From the NCBI GenBank assembly GCA_963656345.1, contig CAVKHY010000001.1:1-60827 (forward strand): a stretch of DNA of 60,827 nucleotides, written 5' to 3'. This DNA is from a bacterium. GTDB taxonomy: Bacteria > Bacillota > Clostridia > Christensenellales > Aristaeellaceae. Both the position numbers and the translations under genes were made by a program. Numbering within the stretch: the stretch's first letter is position 1; every line of letters starts with the position of its first letter. A model generated the notes under the pieces. The model worked only from the letters and a program-made list of their open reading frames with translations, had not been told where the DNA came from and ran no database searches. Positions 8,022 to 16,986 of the stretch are shown here, piece by piece.

Positions 8022-8909
8022 TCACAGCATTGCTTGCGCCATCATCACCGCACCGGTGCAGGCGTCATGTTTCGGGTCAATACAGTGTACAGCAGGGCAG
8101 CGGTACCCCATGGCGCTGATGAAGGCAGAGCGGAGCAGTGTTCTGTTTTCCAGCATGCCGCCCAGCATGGCCAGCGGTGCCTCTTCCATGTGCAGGCGGT
8201 GGTATACGGCTTCCGCCTGTTGAGCCAGTTGCTCGCCGTTTGTCTGAATGATGGTGCGAGCAACGCCATCCCCTGAGGCGGCAGCCTGTTCCACCAGCCG
8301 GGAGAAGGCCGCCACACGGCTCTTGTCTCCGGCGTAAACATAGGAAATGATTTTGCTCCGATCGTCCAGACCATAGGCTTCTGCCAGCAGTTGGGTCAGC
8401 AGGGTGGGATCGCCGTATCCGTCCCAAGCATGCGCAACGGCGGCCAAAGCGTCACGCCCCAGGGCGTAACCGCTGCCTTCATCCCCGATGAGATGTCCCC
8501 AGCCACCGGCACGGATTTCTTCCCCTGTGGGGCTGATGCCGAAACAAATGGAACCTGTGCCGGCGATGAGGGCAATACCCGGTTCACCGTCCAAAGCCCC
8601 GTGGAGGGCAATCACATGGTCGCCCACCAGCTTGCGCTGCAGGATGCCGGCCTGATCCAATGCCTTCTCGATCATGGCAGACATGGTTTCATTGCTGATG
8701 CCCGCCGTGCCGATGCATAGAGCGGCGCAGGTTCCGATGCTTTGCAGATACGTGGTGATTTCTGTCAGCAAGGCAGCAAACCGTTCCGCCCCGATGCTGT
8801 TCAGGTTGAAGGCACCGAAGGTTTTTTCGGAAATGGTCTGTCCCTGCAAATCACGGCAGCAGACACGGGTTTTGGTGCCGCCGCCGTCAATTCCGGCTGC
8901 AAATTTCAT
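8022..8909 (-). CDS. BadF/BadG/BcrA/BcrD-type ATPase, N-acetylglucosamine/MurNAc kinase-like
   Basis: N-terminus MKFAAGIDGGGTKTRV is the ASKHA phosphate-1 motif. GTGSICFG and GDEGSGY are also present. ATGA overlap with the upstream gene. Confidence 0.75.
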   Translation of the reverse strand: MKFAAGIDGGGTKTRVCCRDLQGQTISEKTFGAFNLNSIGAERFAALLTEITTYLQSIGTCAALCIGTAGISNETMSAMIEKALDQAGILQRKLVGDHVIALHGALDGEPGIALIAGTGSICFGISPTGEEIRAGGWGHLIGDEGSGYALGRDALAAVAHAWDGYGDPTLLTQLLAEAYGLDDRSKIISYVYAGDKSRVAAFSRLVEQAAASGDGVARTIIQTNGEQLAQQAEAVYHRLHMEEAPLAMLGGMLENRTLLRSAFISAMGYRCPAVHCIDPKHDACTGAVMMAQAML

Positions 8910-9310
8910 GGCGTTTCTTTCTTTTCCTCAATTTTGCTTATGACATACGGTGACACATGGTAGACCTGCATGTACTTTCGCTCTTTCTGGTACTGCCGCA
9001 GGAGCTGCTTCATTTCGCTGATTTCGCCCTGCTGGATAAACAGAAAACCGAAAGCACACAGTCCAAGGGAGATGCTCAGGGATGTAAGATAGCCAAATTC
9101 TTTCACGAATTGAACTTGTGTGCCGAAAATCAAAACGCAAAGCACACCGAAGAAGCCGAGAATGAAGGCTGCCCAGCCGATCACGCTGAAGCCGGAAAAA
9201 GGTTCGGTGTTAACCTCTCGCGCCAGCTGGTCACGGTCTAATTGCCATAGGCGATTTTCGTATTCCAGCGCTGTTTCATTCTTCCTTCTTCTTCTTTCCA
9301 TGGCATACAT
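8906..9310 (-). CDS. Small membrane protein, unknown function (134 aa, 2 predicted TM)
   Basis: GGAGGTG RBS. Hydrophobic segments are FSVIGWAAFILGFFGVLCVLIF and LTSLSISLGLCAFGFLFI. The gene sits inside the operon. Confidence 0.6.
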   Translation of the reverse strand: MYAMERRRRKNETALEYENRLWQLDRDQLAREVNTEPFSGFSVIGWAAFILGFFGVLCVLIFGTQVQFVKEFGYLTSLSISLGLCAFGFLFIQQGEISEMKQLLRQYQKERKYMQVYHVSPYVISKIEEKKETP

Positions 9311-9332
9311 GCTGCATCACCTCCGCAGTTTT

Positions 9333-10076
9333 CTACTTTGTGTCCAACAGAAAGTCAATTCCTTGCTGCAGTGCCGTGTCCCAGAAAGCCCAGCCGTGGT
9401 CGCCTTCCCAATGCCGGAAGGTGACGTTCATGCCCTTCTCCTGCATGCATTTGACCAGACGGCTGTTTGGTTCCAGGAAAGGATCTTGTTCGCCGCAGGC
9501 CATGAATACTTTCGGTACTTGCGCAGGGTCTGCTTTTTCTGCGAGGGCAAAGAGGTTGTCTTCCTCCGGAATCTTTCCATCCACGCCGAACCAGCCGGTG
9601 ACCTCGTTGGGAAATTTCTCTCCCAGCAAAAAAGCTTCATGTCCCAGAGAAACGGAAGGGGAAAGGGCGGCCACACCGGCATAGCGTTCCGGCGTGCGGA
9701 GGACGCACTTCAGTGCCCCATAGCCGCCCATGGAAATACCCATCAGATAGTTGTTTTCCGGCTTGGGGGATAGACCGAAGAAGCCTTGGCAGATCTTCGG
9801 CAGTTCGTCATGAATGAAGGTAAAATACCGAAGCCCGTAGGCCATGTCCATGTAGAAGCTCCGCTGCACTTCGGGAATCACCAGCACCGCATTGTGCTTC
9901 CGCACGTACCGCTCCACGCTGGTGTACCGGGAAATACCGGTGCAGTTGTCCTGCAGGCCATGAAAGGCATAGAAGATAGGCCTTTCGCCCAGGGGGATTC
10001 CTTCCGGCAGCACCACGGTCATGGAGGTGTTCATGTCCAGCACTTCCGAGCGAAAATCACAACGAATATGTGCCAT
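9333..10076 (-). CDS. Esterase-D/tributyrin-esterase-family serine hydrolase
   Basis: GISMGGYG nucleophile elbow and a C-terminal GDHGWAFW His motif. ATG 10076 overlaps the murQ stop as TAATG; the track ORF extends to 10199. Confidence 0.75.
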   Translation of the reverse strand: MAHIRCDFRSEVLDMNTSMTVVLPEGIPLGERPIFYAFHGLQDNCTGISRYTSVERYVRKHNAVLVIPEVQRSFYMDMAYGLRYFTFIHDELPKICQGFFGLSPKPENNYLMGISMGGYGALKCVLRTPERYAGVAALSPSVSLGHEAFLLGEKFPNEVTGWFGVDGKIPEEDNLFALAEKADPAQVPKVFMACGEQDPFLEPNSRLVKCMQEKGMNVTFRHWEGDHGWAFWDTALQQGIDFLLDTK

Positions 10077-10975
10077 TATTTTCGCTCCCCGATGGCACCG
10101 GCTACACGGCCGTCGTTCTTTTCCAGCAAGGCTTCTGCTTCCTGGGCGGTGACGCCTGCTTTCAGCATCACAATGGCTGTCTTGGCTCGGTAGTCGCACT
10201 GCTCCAGCGTCCTGGCGGCAACATCACGGTCAACCCCAGTGGCTGTGCACACAATACCTTTGCAGCGTTCTATCAGCTTCTGATTGGTGGGCTTTACGTC
10301 CACCATCAGGTTGCCGTACACCTTGCCCAGCTTGATCATGGCGCCGGTGGACAGCATGTTCAGCACCATTTTCTGTGCCGTACCGCTCTTCAGCCGGGTA
10401 GAGCCGGTGATAACCTCCGGTCCCGGCACGGGGGTGATGGGGATTTCAGCTAACTGTTCCACCTGAGAACCGGGATTACAGCAGAGCCCTACCACGTGGG
10501 CACCCAGGGAGGCGGCGTATTTCATGGCGCCGATGACGTAAGGGGTGCGGCCGGAGGCAGCAATGCCTACCAGCACATCCTTCTTGGAAAAATCAATGCC
10601 CTTTAAGTCTTCCGCACCCTGCTGCTCGTCGTCTTCTGCGCCTTCCTTGGCACGGAAGATAGCGTCATGCCCGCCGGCAATGAGTCCCACCACCATGCTT
10701 TCATCTGTGGAGAAGGTGGGGGGACATTCCACTGCATCAAGGATACCCAAACGACCGGAAGTGCCGCAGCCGATGTATACCAGCCGTCCGCCCTGCTTCA
10801 ACTGCTGAGCAATGACGTCCACCGCCTGTGCAATGTGGACGGCTTCCTTGCCCACAGCTTCTGCTACCTTGGCGTCTTCCTCATTGATAAGGCGAATCAT
10901 GTCCACCGTGGGCAGACGGTCGATCTGCATGGTGCGGCTGTTTCGCTGCTCTGTTTTGATGGCTTGAAGATCCAT
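10076..10975 (-). CDS. murQ: N-acetylmuramic acid 6-phosphate etherase
   Basis: SIS-domain protein of 299 aa. Typical MurQ N-terminus ([27 protein letters not shown]) and GCGTSGRLG. Confidence 0.9.
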   Translation of the reverse strand: MDLQAIKTEQRNSRTMQIDRLPTVDMIRLINEEDAKVAEAVGKEAVHIAQAVDVIAQQLKQGGRLVYIGCGTSGRLGILDAVECPPTFSTDESMVVGLIAGGHDAIFRAKEGAEDDEQQGAEDLKGIDFSKKDVLVGIAASGRTPYVIGAMKYAASLGAHVVGLCCNPGSQVEQLAEIPITPVPGPEVITGSTRLKSGTAQKMVLNMLSTGAMIKLGKVYGNLMVDVKPTNQKLIERCKGIVCTATGVDRDVAARTLEQCDYRAKTAIVMLKAGVTAQEAEALLEKNDGRVAGAIGERK

Positions 10976-10996
10976 AGCATCCTCCGTTGATGACGT

Positions 10997-11950
10997 TTAT
11001 TTTTCAAACAGCTTGCAGGATACCAAGTGCCCGGGCGCAATCTCGTGCAGCTGGCAGGGCTCTTTGCATTTGTCGCAGGCATGGGGGCAGCGGGGGGCAA
11101 ACCGGCAGCCCGGTGCAGGATTGATGGGGCTGCTGACCTCACCCTTCAGGGTGAAATGCTCCTGATTCCGCTTGCTCAGGTCGATGGTGGGCACAGATGC
11201 CAGCAACGCCTTGGTGTAGGGGTGCGCTGGATGGGCAAACAGCTCAGCAGTGGGGGCGTATTCAATGGTCTGCCCCATATACATCACCATGATTTCGTTG
11301 CTGATGTGCTTCACCACGCAAAGGTCGTGGGTGATAAACATGTAGGAAAGCCCACGCTGCTCCTGCAGATCCATCAATAGGTTCAAAATCTGTGCCTGAA
11401 TGGATACATCCAGGGCGGATACAGGCTCATCGCATACGATGAACTTAGGGCTGACTGCCATGGCACGGGCAAGACCCACGCGCTGACGAAGACCACCATC
11501 CAATTCGTGGGGGTACAGGTTGGAATGGTTGGCAGGCAGGCCGCACATTTCCATGATTTCATGTACGTGCTCCTTGATTTCCGCCTTGTTCTTCATCAGT
11601 CCGCAGACGGCTACAGGCTCTGCAATCAAGTCATGGACGGACATGCGGGGATCCAGAGAGCTGTAAGGATCCTGAAAAACCATCTGCATGTTCAGGTGAA
11701 TCTTTCGCATATCTTTACCCCGGTACTTGCGGATGTTCTCCCCATTGTACAGAATTTCACCGTCGGTGGCTTCGTGCAGGCGCAGGATGGTACGCCCCAG
11801 GGTAGACTTGCCGCAGCCGCTTTCACCCACAACGCCCAGGGTTTTTCCGGGCAGGATCTTCAGGTTCACGTCTTCCACTGCGTGGAGGAGCCCACGGGAT
11901 GTTTTGAAATATTTTTTCAGGTTTCTGGTTTCAACAAGCGGTGCAGTCAT
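10997..11950 (-). CDS. ABC transporter ATP-binding protein, OppF/DppF type
   Basis: Walker A GESGCGKST, LSGGLRQRV-like signature, and a C-terminal oligopeptide-type extension with Cys motif. The start at 11950 lies 1 nt after the upstream stop; the track ORF extends to 12067. Confidence 0.85.
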   Translation of the reverse strand: MTAPLVETRNLKKYFKTSRGLLHAVEDVNLKILPGKTLGVVGESGCGKSTLGRTILRLHEATDGEILYNGENIRKYRGKDMRKIHLNMQMVFQDPYSSLDPRMSVHDLIAEPVAVCGLMKNKAEIKEHVHEIMEMCGLPANHSNLYPHELDGGLRQRVGLARAMAVSPKFIVCDEPVSALDVSIQAQILNLLMDLQEQRGLSYMFITHDLCVVKHISNEIMVMYMGQTIEYAPTAELFAHPAHPYTKALLASVPTIDLSKRNQEHFTLKGEVSSPINPAPGCRFAPRCPHACDKCKEPCQLHEIAPGHLVSCKLFEK

Positions 11951-11951
11951 T

Positions 11952-12941
11952 TCAGAACACCTCCTTGTTTTCGTAGCGGTGGCACATAATGCCGTGCTCG
12001 CCGCATACGTGCATCTTGGGACGCTCCTTGCGGCAACGGTCGCAGGCGTACTCGCACCGGTCAGCAAAGCAGCAGCCTTCCTGCAAGACGCGCGGGTTGG
12101 CCATGCGTCCGGGAATGGGATGCAGCCGGGGCTGCTGGTCGTTCAGGTCAGGAATGCAGTTGAACAAACCTGCCGTATAGGGGTGGTTTTCTTCACGGCG
12201 GAATACGGTTTCCACCGGGCCGAACTCCACCACACGGCCGGCATACACCACGGATACGGAGTCGCAGAATTGTGCCACCACGCCCAGGTCATGGGTAATG
12301 AGCAGCACGGATGTGCTGAATTTCTCCTTTAGCTGCTTCATCAGCTCCAGAATCTGCGCCTGAATGGTCACGTCCAGGGCAGTAGTGGGCTCATCGGCCA
12401 GCAGCAGTTCCGGCTCTGCCACCAGTGCCATGGCGATCACAATGCGCTGTTTCATGCCGCCGGAAAATTCGTGAGGGTAGCTGTCCTTTCTTTCCGGGGG
12501 GATGCCCACCAGGGTCATCATTTCATCCACACGCTTGTCCTTTTCTGCACGGGACATTTCCGGAAAATGAAGATCCAGCACCTCATGAATCTGTGCGCCT
12601 ACCGTGTGGGTGGGGTTCAGGCTGGTCATGGGATCCTGAAAGATCATGGAGATTTTCTTGCCGCGGAGGGGAAGCATTTCTGCTTCCGGCAGGGTGAGCA
12701 GATCTTCACCGTTGTAGTTGATGCTTCCTTTGACAATCTCGCCTACCTTGGGCGGCAACAGCCGCAGGATGGACAGCGCCAGGGTGGTTTTTCCGGCACC
12801 TGTTTCGCCGACCAGCCCGCGAGCTTCTCCACGGATTAGCTTCAGCTTGAAGTCGTTGACCGAGTGCACCACGGCATCGTCCGTGTTATACTGCACGGTC
12901 AAGTCTGATATTTGCAGCAAATAATCCTTTTCTTTTTCCAT
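11952..12941 (-). CDS. ABC transporter ATP-binding protein, OppD/DppD type
   Basis: Walker A GETGAGKTT, FSGGMKQR signature, Walker B LLLADEPTTALD, and a C-terminal Cys-rich extension. Confidence 0.85.
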   Translation of the reverse strand: MEKEKDYLLQISDLTVQYNTDDAVVHSVNDFKLKLIRGEARGLVGETGAGKTTLALSILRLLPPKVGEIVKGSINYNGEDLLTLPEAEMLPLRGKKISMIFQDPMTSLNPTHTVGAQIHEVLDLHFPEMSRAEKDKRVDEMMTLVGIPPERKDSYPHEFSGGMKQRIVIAMALVAEPELLLADEPTTALDVTIQAQILELMKQLKEKFSTSVLLITHDLGVVAQFCDSVSVVYAGRVVEFGPVETVFRREENHPYTAGLFNCIPDLNDQQPRLHPIPGRMANPRVLQEGCCFADRCEYACDRCRKERPKMHVCGEHGIMCHRYENKEVF

Positions 12942-12952
12942 TACGATGCACC

Positions 12953-13828
12953 TCAGTTCTTGGTTCTGGGGTCAAAGGCATCCCGAAGACCATCGCCGAT
13001 AAAGTTCACAGCCATAACGGTCAGGCAGATGCAGACGCCGGGGATAATGCCCAGGTACGGATAGGCCTGAATGTTGATCTTGTTTTCGGAAATAATGGTG
13101 CCCCATTCCGGAGTGGGGGAAGCGACGCCCAAGCCCAGGTAGCCCATGGAGGAAATGCTCAGAATGGTCTGCCCCAGGCACAGGGTGGCGGAAACGATGA
13201 TGGGGCCGATGCCGTTGGGAAGAATGTGCTTGAGGATGATCCGCAGGGAGCTGCAGCCGTAGCACTTGGCCGCTTCAATGTATTCCACGTTCCGCAGCGT
13301 CAGCACGGAGGAGCGGACAATACGGGCAAAGCGAGCCACCTGAGAAATAGCCAGTGCGACAACCAGCTTCCAAATGCCGTTGCCCAAGGCGGTAATAATG
13401 GCCATGGCCAGCAGTGCCGAAGGAACAGCCATCAGCATATCCACAATGCGCATGAGGATGGTATCCACCTTGCCGCCGAAGTAGCCTGCCGCCCCGCCGA
13501 TCAGCGCACCGATGACGAAGGCGATGCCGATAATGGCAAAGCTGCACAGCAGGGAAATGCGTCCGCCGTAAAGGATGCGGGCAAACAAATCCCGGCCGAA
13601 TTCATCCGTGCCGAAGATATACGTTGCATTCGGGGCAGAGAACTTGTCCCGGATATGCATCTTGGTCACGGCTTCATAGCTGGACAAAACAGGTGCCAGC
13701 AGCACCGCCAGGAAAACCAGTGCCAGCAGAAACACACCGAACATGGCCAGCTTGTTTTTGCGGAAACGGAACATAACCAGCTGACCTGTGCTGTATTCAG
13801 ATAGAGGTTTTTTATGTTTTCTTGCCAT
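12953..13828 (-). CDS. ABC transporter permease, OppC/DppC type
   Basis: Multi-TM protein with an EAA-loop region (IEAAKCYGCSSLRIILKHILPN). Confidence 0.85.
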   Translation of the reverse strand: MARKHKKPLSEYSTGQLVMFRFRKNKLAMFGVFLLALVFLAVLLAPVLSSYEAVTKMHIRDKFSAPNATYIFGTDEFGRDLFARILYGGRISLLCSFAIIGIAFVIGALIGGAAGYFGGKVDTILMRIVDMLMAVPSALLAMAIITALGNGIWKLVVALAISQVARFARIVRSSVLTLRNVEYIEAAKCYGCSSLRIILKHILPNGIGPIIVSATLCLGQTILSISSMGYLGLGVASPTPEWGTIISENKINIQAYPYLGIIPGVCICLTVMAVNFIGDGLRDAFDPRTKN

Positions 13829-13849
13829 TGCAATCCCTTCCTTCTTCCA

Positions 13850-14779
13850 TCAGGATGCCAGGTTAATGCGAGGATCAATCTTTGCACACAGAAGATCCAC
13901 CAGCAGATTGATAACGCCTACAATGATCGTTACAAAGATAACTGTACCCAGCACCACCGGTACGTCACGGGACTTGACGGCGTTCAGCAGTAGGGTGCCG
14001 ATACCGGGGATGGCGAAGATGTTTTCCGTTACCACAGCGCCGCCGATGGTGCCGGCAAAGCTGACGCCGATCTGGGTCACCACGGGGATCAAACCGTTCC
14101 GCATGGCATGGTGACGAATGACGACACGTTCGCTTGCGCCCTTGGCACGGGCAGTGCGGATGTAGTCCTGACGGATGACGTCCAGCATGCTGGTGCGGCT
14201 CATGCGGATCATGGTAGCCATGGTATTGGCACCCAGGATAATGGTGGGCAGCACCCAGTGGGCAGGCGTGCCTAAGCCGGAGGTGGGAAGCCACCGCAGA
14301 GAAACGCAGAACAGCACCTGACACATGGTTCCTAACCAGAAGGCCGGCAGGGAGAACAGCAGCATGGCCACAAAGGAGCTGCCGTAGTCTAATAAGCTGT
14401 ATTGTTTAATGGCGGAGCCAATGCCCAGGGGAACGCCTACGGCAATGGCGAAGGTCATCGCCAGGGTTGACAAAAGCAGGGTATTAGGCAGCCGTGCCGC
14501 AAACCGATCCAGCACTTCTTCATTGTTCGTCCAGGAAGTGCCGAAGTCCAGGTGACACACGCCTGCCATGTAGTTGACGTAACGGGTCAGCAGGGGCTGA
14601 TCCAGCCCCATTTCAGCCTTCTTGGCGGCAATCTGCTCTTCTGTAGCGTCATCGCCTAAAAGGTTGCGGGCAATATCGCCGGGAGCAGCGGACAAAATAA
14701 GAAACAGAACAAAGGTTACACAGATGATGACGGGTATCAGCATCAACAGCCGTTTCCCGGCATATTTTAACCAGGTCAT
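13850..14779 (-). CDS. ABC transporter permease, OppB/DppB type
   Basis: GAAGGAGGAG RBS then ATG 14779 (MTWLKYAGKRLLMLIP). The EAA-loop is YIRTARAKGASERVVIRHHAMRN. Confidence 0.85.
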   Translation of the reverse strand: MTWLKYAGKRLLMLIPVIICVTFVLFLILSAAPGDIARNLLGDDATEEQIAAKKAEMGLDQPLLTRYVNYMAGVCHLDFGTSWTNNEEVLDRFAARLPNTLLLSTLAMTFAIAVGVPLGIGSAIKQYSLLDYGSSFVAMLLFSLPAFWLGTMCQVLFCVSLRWLPTSGLGTPAHWVLPTIILGANTMATMIRMSRTSMLDVIRQDYIRTARAKGASERVVIRHHAMRNGLIPVVTQIGVSFAGTIGGAVVTENIFAIPGIGTLLLNAVKSRDVPVVLGTVIFVTIIVGVINLLVDLLCAKIDPRINLAS

Positions 14780-14840
14780 CTGATCTCCTCCTTCAGGGGA
14801 AGTTACCGGGGACGATAGGTCTTGATTTCCATTCAACATT

Positions 14841-14880
14841 CGAAAAAGGAAGCGGAGCGGCAAGGACCGTTCCGCTTCCT
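14841..14880 (-). terminator. Intra-operon hairpin (attenuator or mRNA stabiliser) between the SBP and permease genes
   Basis: Perfect 10-bp stem AGGAAGCGGA / TCCGCTTCCT followed by TTTTCG on the minus strand. It lies in the 141-nt gap after the SBP gene. Confidence 0.6.
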
Positions 14881-14920
14881 CCTATGGTCAAAGCAGGGAA
14901 GCTGCCTTGACGATTCATTG

Positions 14921-16438
14921 TTAGTTGGCAAAGCTCATGTCATAGAAGTAGTAGTAGCCCAGGCAGTGCGCCTTCACACCGGTGAGGCTGCTGTTGTAGG
15001 CCACGGTAACCAGGCTGTTCACCAGCGGCACATCGTAAGCTTCTTCGGTGATGATGTTGCAGGCCTGCACATACAGCTTGGTACGGTCAGCACCCTGAGC
15101 GGCACGGCCGGCAAGCAGCAGCTCGGAGATTTCTCCGTCGCGGGCGAAGACACGGTCTTCCCATGCGGCACGATCCAGCCGGTGCTCGGTGTACATGCCG
15201 TCAGCATCCACCAGAGAGCACAGGTTGTCGATGATGTAGCCGCCGGTGTAGTTCCGCTTCTGGAAGCCTTCGGAATAGGTGGGGCCGTCTACAGCGTTCA
15301 CGGTGCAGTTAATGCCCACGTCCATCAGCTGAGCCTGAATCACCTTGGCGGCGGTTTCCAGCACGCTGCCGCTGGACACGGTCACGGAGAATTCTTCGCC
15401 GTTGTAGTTGGCAGCCTTCAGGTATTCCTTAGCAGCCTCGGGATCATAGGCAACGGTTTCAACGCCGTCTGCCACGGTGACATAGCCGCCGTAGTTGGGG
15501 CACATATCCACGTCCAGGGTAACGGAATTGCCGGAATATACAGCATCGTTGATTTCGTCCTTGTTAATGGCAGCCTGTACGGCCTTACGGAAGTTCACGT
15601 CCTTGCACACGCCGGTCCAGTCGTTCAGGTACAGGGATACACGGCCGGTGGACAGGGTGCTGTTCCAGGCAACGCCGGGGGTACCGTCCAGCCGGGTGCA
15701 AACGTCGATGGCAGGATCACGGACCACGTCATAGTCGCCGCTCTGCAGGCCCAGGATCTGGGTGTTGGTGTCAGCAACCACCTTGATGATGACGGTCTTG
15801 ATGGAAGGAGTGCCACGCCAGTAGTCTTCATTCGCTACCAAGGTGGTGTGGTCGCCGCTTACATACTCGGAGAACTTGTAGGGGCCGGTGCCAATGGGAG
15901 CAGCCAGGTAGCCTTCGTCGCCCACTTCGTCAAAGTAGGACTTGCAGGCAACGCCGCCCAACCGGGAAGCAACGCCATAGGGGAAGGCTGCATAGGGGCT
16001 GGTCAGGGTCACGGCGACGGTGTAATCGTCAATAATGTCGCACTTTTCAAAGTTAACAAACAGTGCAGCGCCGATGGGGCCCTGATAGCCGTAGTCGAAG
16101 GTGAACTTTACGTCCTCTGCGGTCAGTTCCTTGCCGTTGTGGAACTTAACGCCCTGACGGATGTGGAAGGTGTATACCAAGCCGTCATCGGACACTTCAT
16201 AGCTTTCCGCCAAGCCGGGGGTCAGGGTGCCGTCTGCTTCCAGGCGGAGCAGGCTGTCGTACACGTTGGCCAGCACCAGGTTGTCGTTGCCGCTGCAGCT
16301 CTTCTCGGACTGGGCAAAGAAGCGCACCGGTTCACCGGAAGTGGCCAGCACCAGTGTATCCTTTGTCTCTGCAAAAGATACGGACAGGCAGGTCAGGCAC
16401 ATGGCAAGTGCCAAAACGAGGGACAGGAATTTCTTCAT
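14921..16438 (-). CDS. ABC transporter substrate-binding protein, family 5 (peptide/nickel/oligosaccharide type)
   Basis: AAGGAGG RBS then ATG 16438. Signal/lipoprotein-like N-terminus is MKKFLSLVLALAMCLTCLSVSFA. About 505 aa with a typical SBP_bac_5 layout. Confidence 0.85.
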   Translation of the reverse strand: MKKFLSLVLALAMCLTCLSVSFAETKDTLVLATSGEPVRFFAQSEKSCSGNDNLVLANVYDSLLRLEADGTLTPGLAESYEVSDDGLVYTFHIRQGVKFHNGKELTAEDVKFTFDYGYQGPIGAALFVNFEKCDIIDDYTVAVTLTSPYAAFPYGVASRLGGVACKSYFDEVGDEGYLAAPIGTGPYKFSEYVSGDHTTLVANEDYWRGTPSIKTVIIKVVADTNTQILGLQSGDYDVVRDPAIDVCTRLDGTPGVAWNSTLSTGRVSLYLNDWTGVCKDVNFRKAVQAAINKDEINDAVYSGNSVTLDVDMCPNYGGYVTVADGVETVAYDPEAAKEYLKAANYNGEEFSVTVSSGSVLETAAKVIQAQLMDVGINCTVNAVDGPTYSEGFQKRNYTGGYIIDNLCSLVDADGMYTEHRLDRAAWEDRVFARDGEISELLLAGRAAQGADRTKLYVQACNIITEEAYDVPLVNSLVTVAYNSSLTGVKAHCLGYYYFYDMSFAN

Positions 16439-16492
16439 AGTAGCCTCCTTGTGTACATGTCGAGGGGTAAACAACGTCCTTTGGTTACTGCA

Positions 16493-16521
16493 AGCATACC
16501 CTTTTGACAGGCGCTTGTCAA
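16493..16521 (-). promoter_or_regulatory. Candidate promoter of the ABC-murQ-anmK operon with an overlapping palindrome
   Basis: The minus strand reads TTGACA-agcgcc-TGTCAA-aaggg-TATGCT. That gives a -35 box, a 17-nt spacer and a -10 box. The inverted repeat TTGACA N6 TGTCAA spans 16504-16521. Confidence 0.45.
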
Positions 16522-16591
16522 TAGATTTATCAGAATTGTGAACAATTTTTTATAAGTACCCAACAAAGTATAAATTTTTCTGTGCAATACA

Positions 16592-16620
16592 TTGCAAAAA
16601 CGAATTTAAGACATTATAAT
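16592..16620 (+). promoter_or_regulatory. Candidate sigma-A promoter (TTGCAA-17 nt-TATAAT) facing deoC
   Basis: Hexamers at 16592-16597 and 16615-16620. This would give a leader of about 360 nt before deoC. Confidence 0.45.
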
Positions 16621-16986
16621 ACAAATTCGTCGCTTTTGTAAAGCACCTAATCGTTTCCTCGCTGCAAGAAATCGCCTGTCCACTGGAAGAGGTGGGTCTT
16701 CAAAAAGAAGGTCATTGTCTCTGTCCTCCCTTCATCCATGTTATGTGTGTGTATGATGCCACTTTTTGCAGAAGAAAGCAATAGGGATTGCATGAAAAAA
16801 ACAGATAAAATGCAATTTATGACGCAAAACAATCATATAAGACGAATATTTGCATGCGCCGACTCAAAATTATGCACAAATAGAAAAACAGACGATGCTG
16901 GTTTTGATGTTTTGCTCAGGCAGGGAAAAGTCTTCTCCCTGTCGAATAGAAGAGAAAGATTCCGAAATATGAAGGAGGATTTCCTC

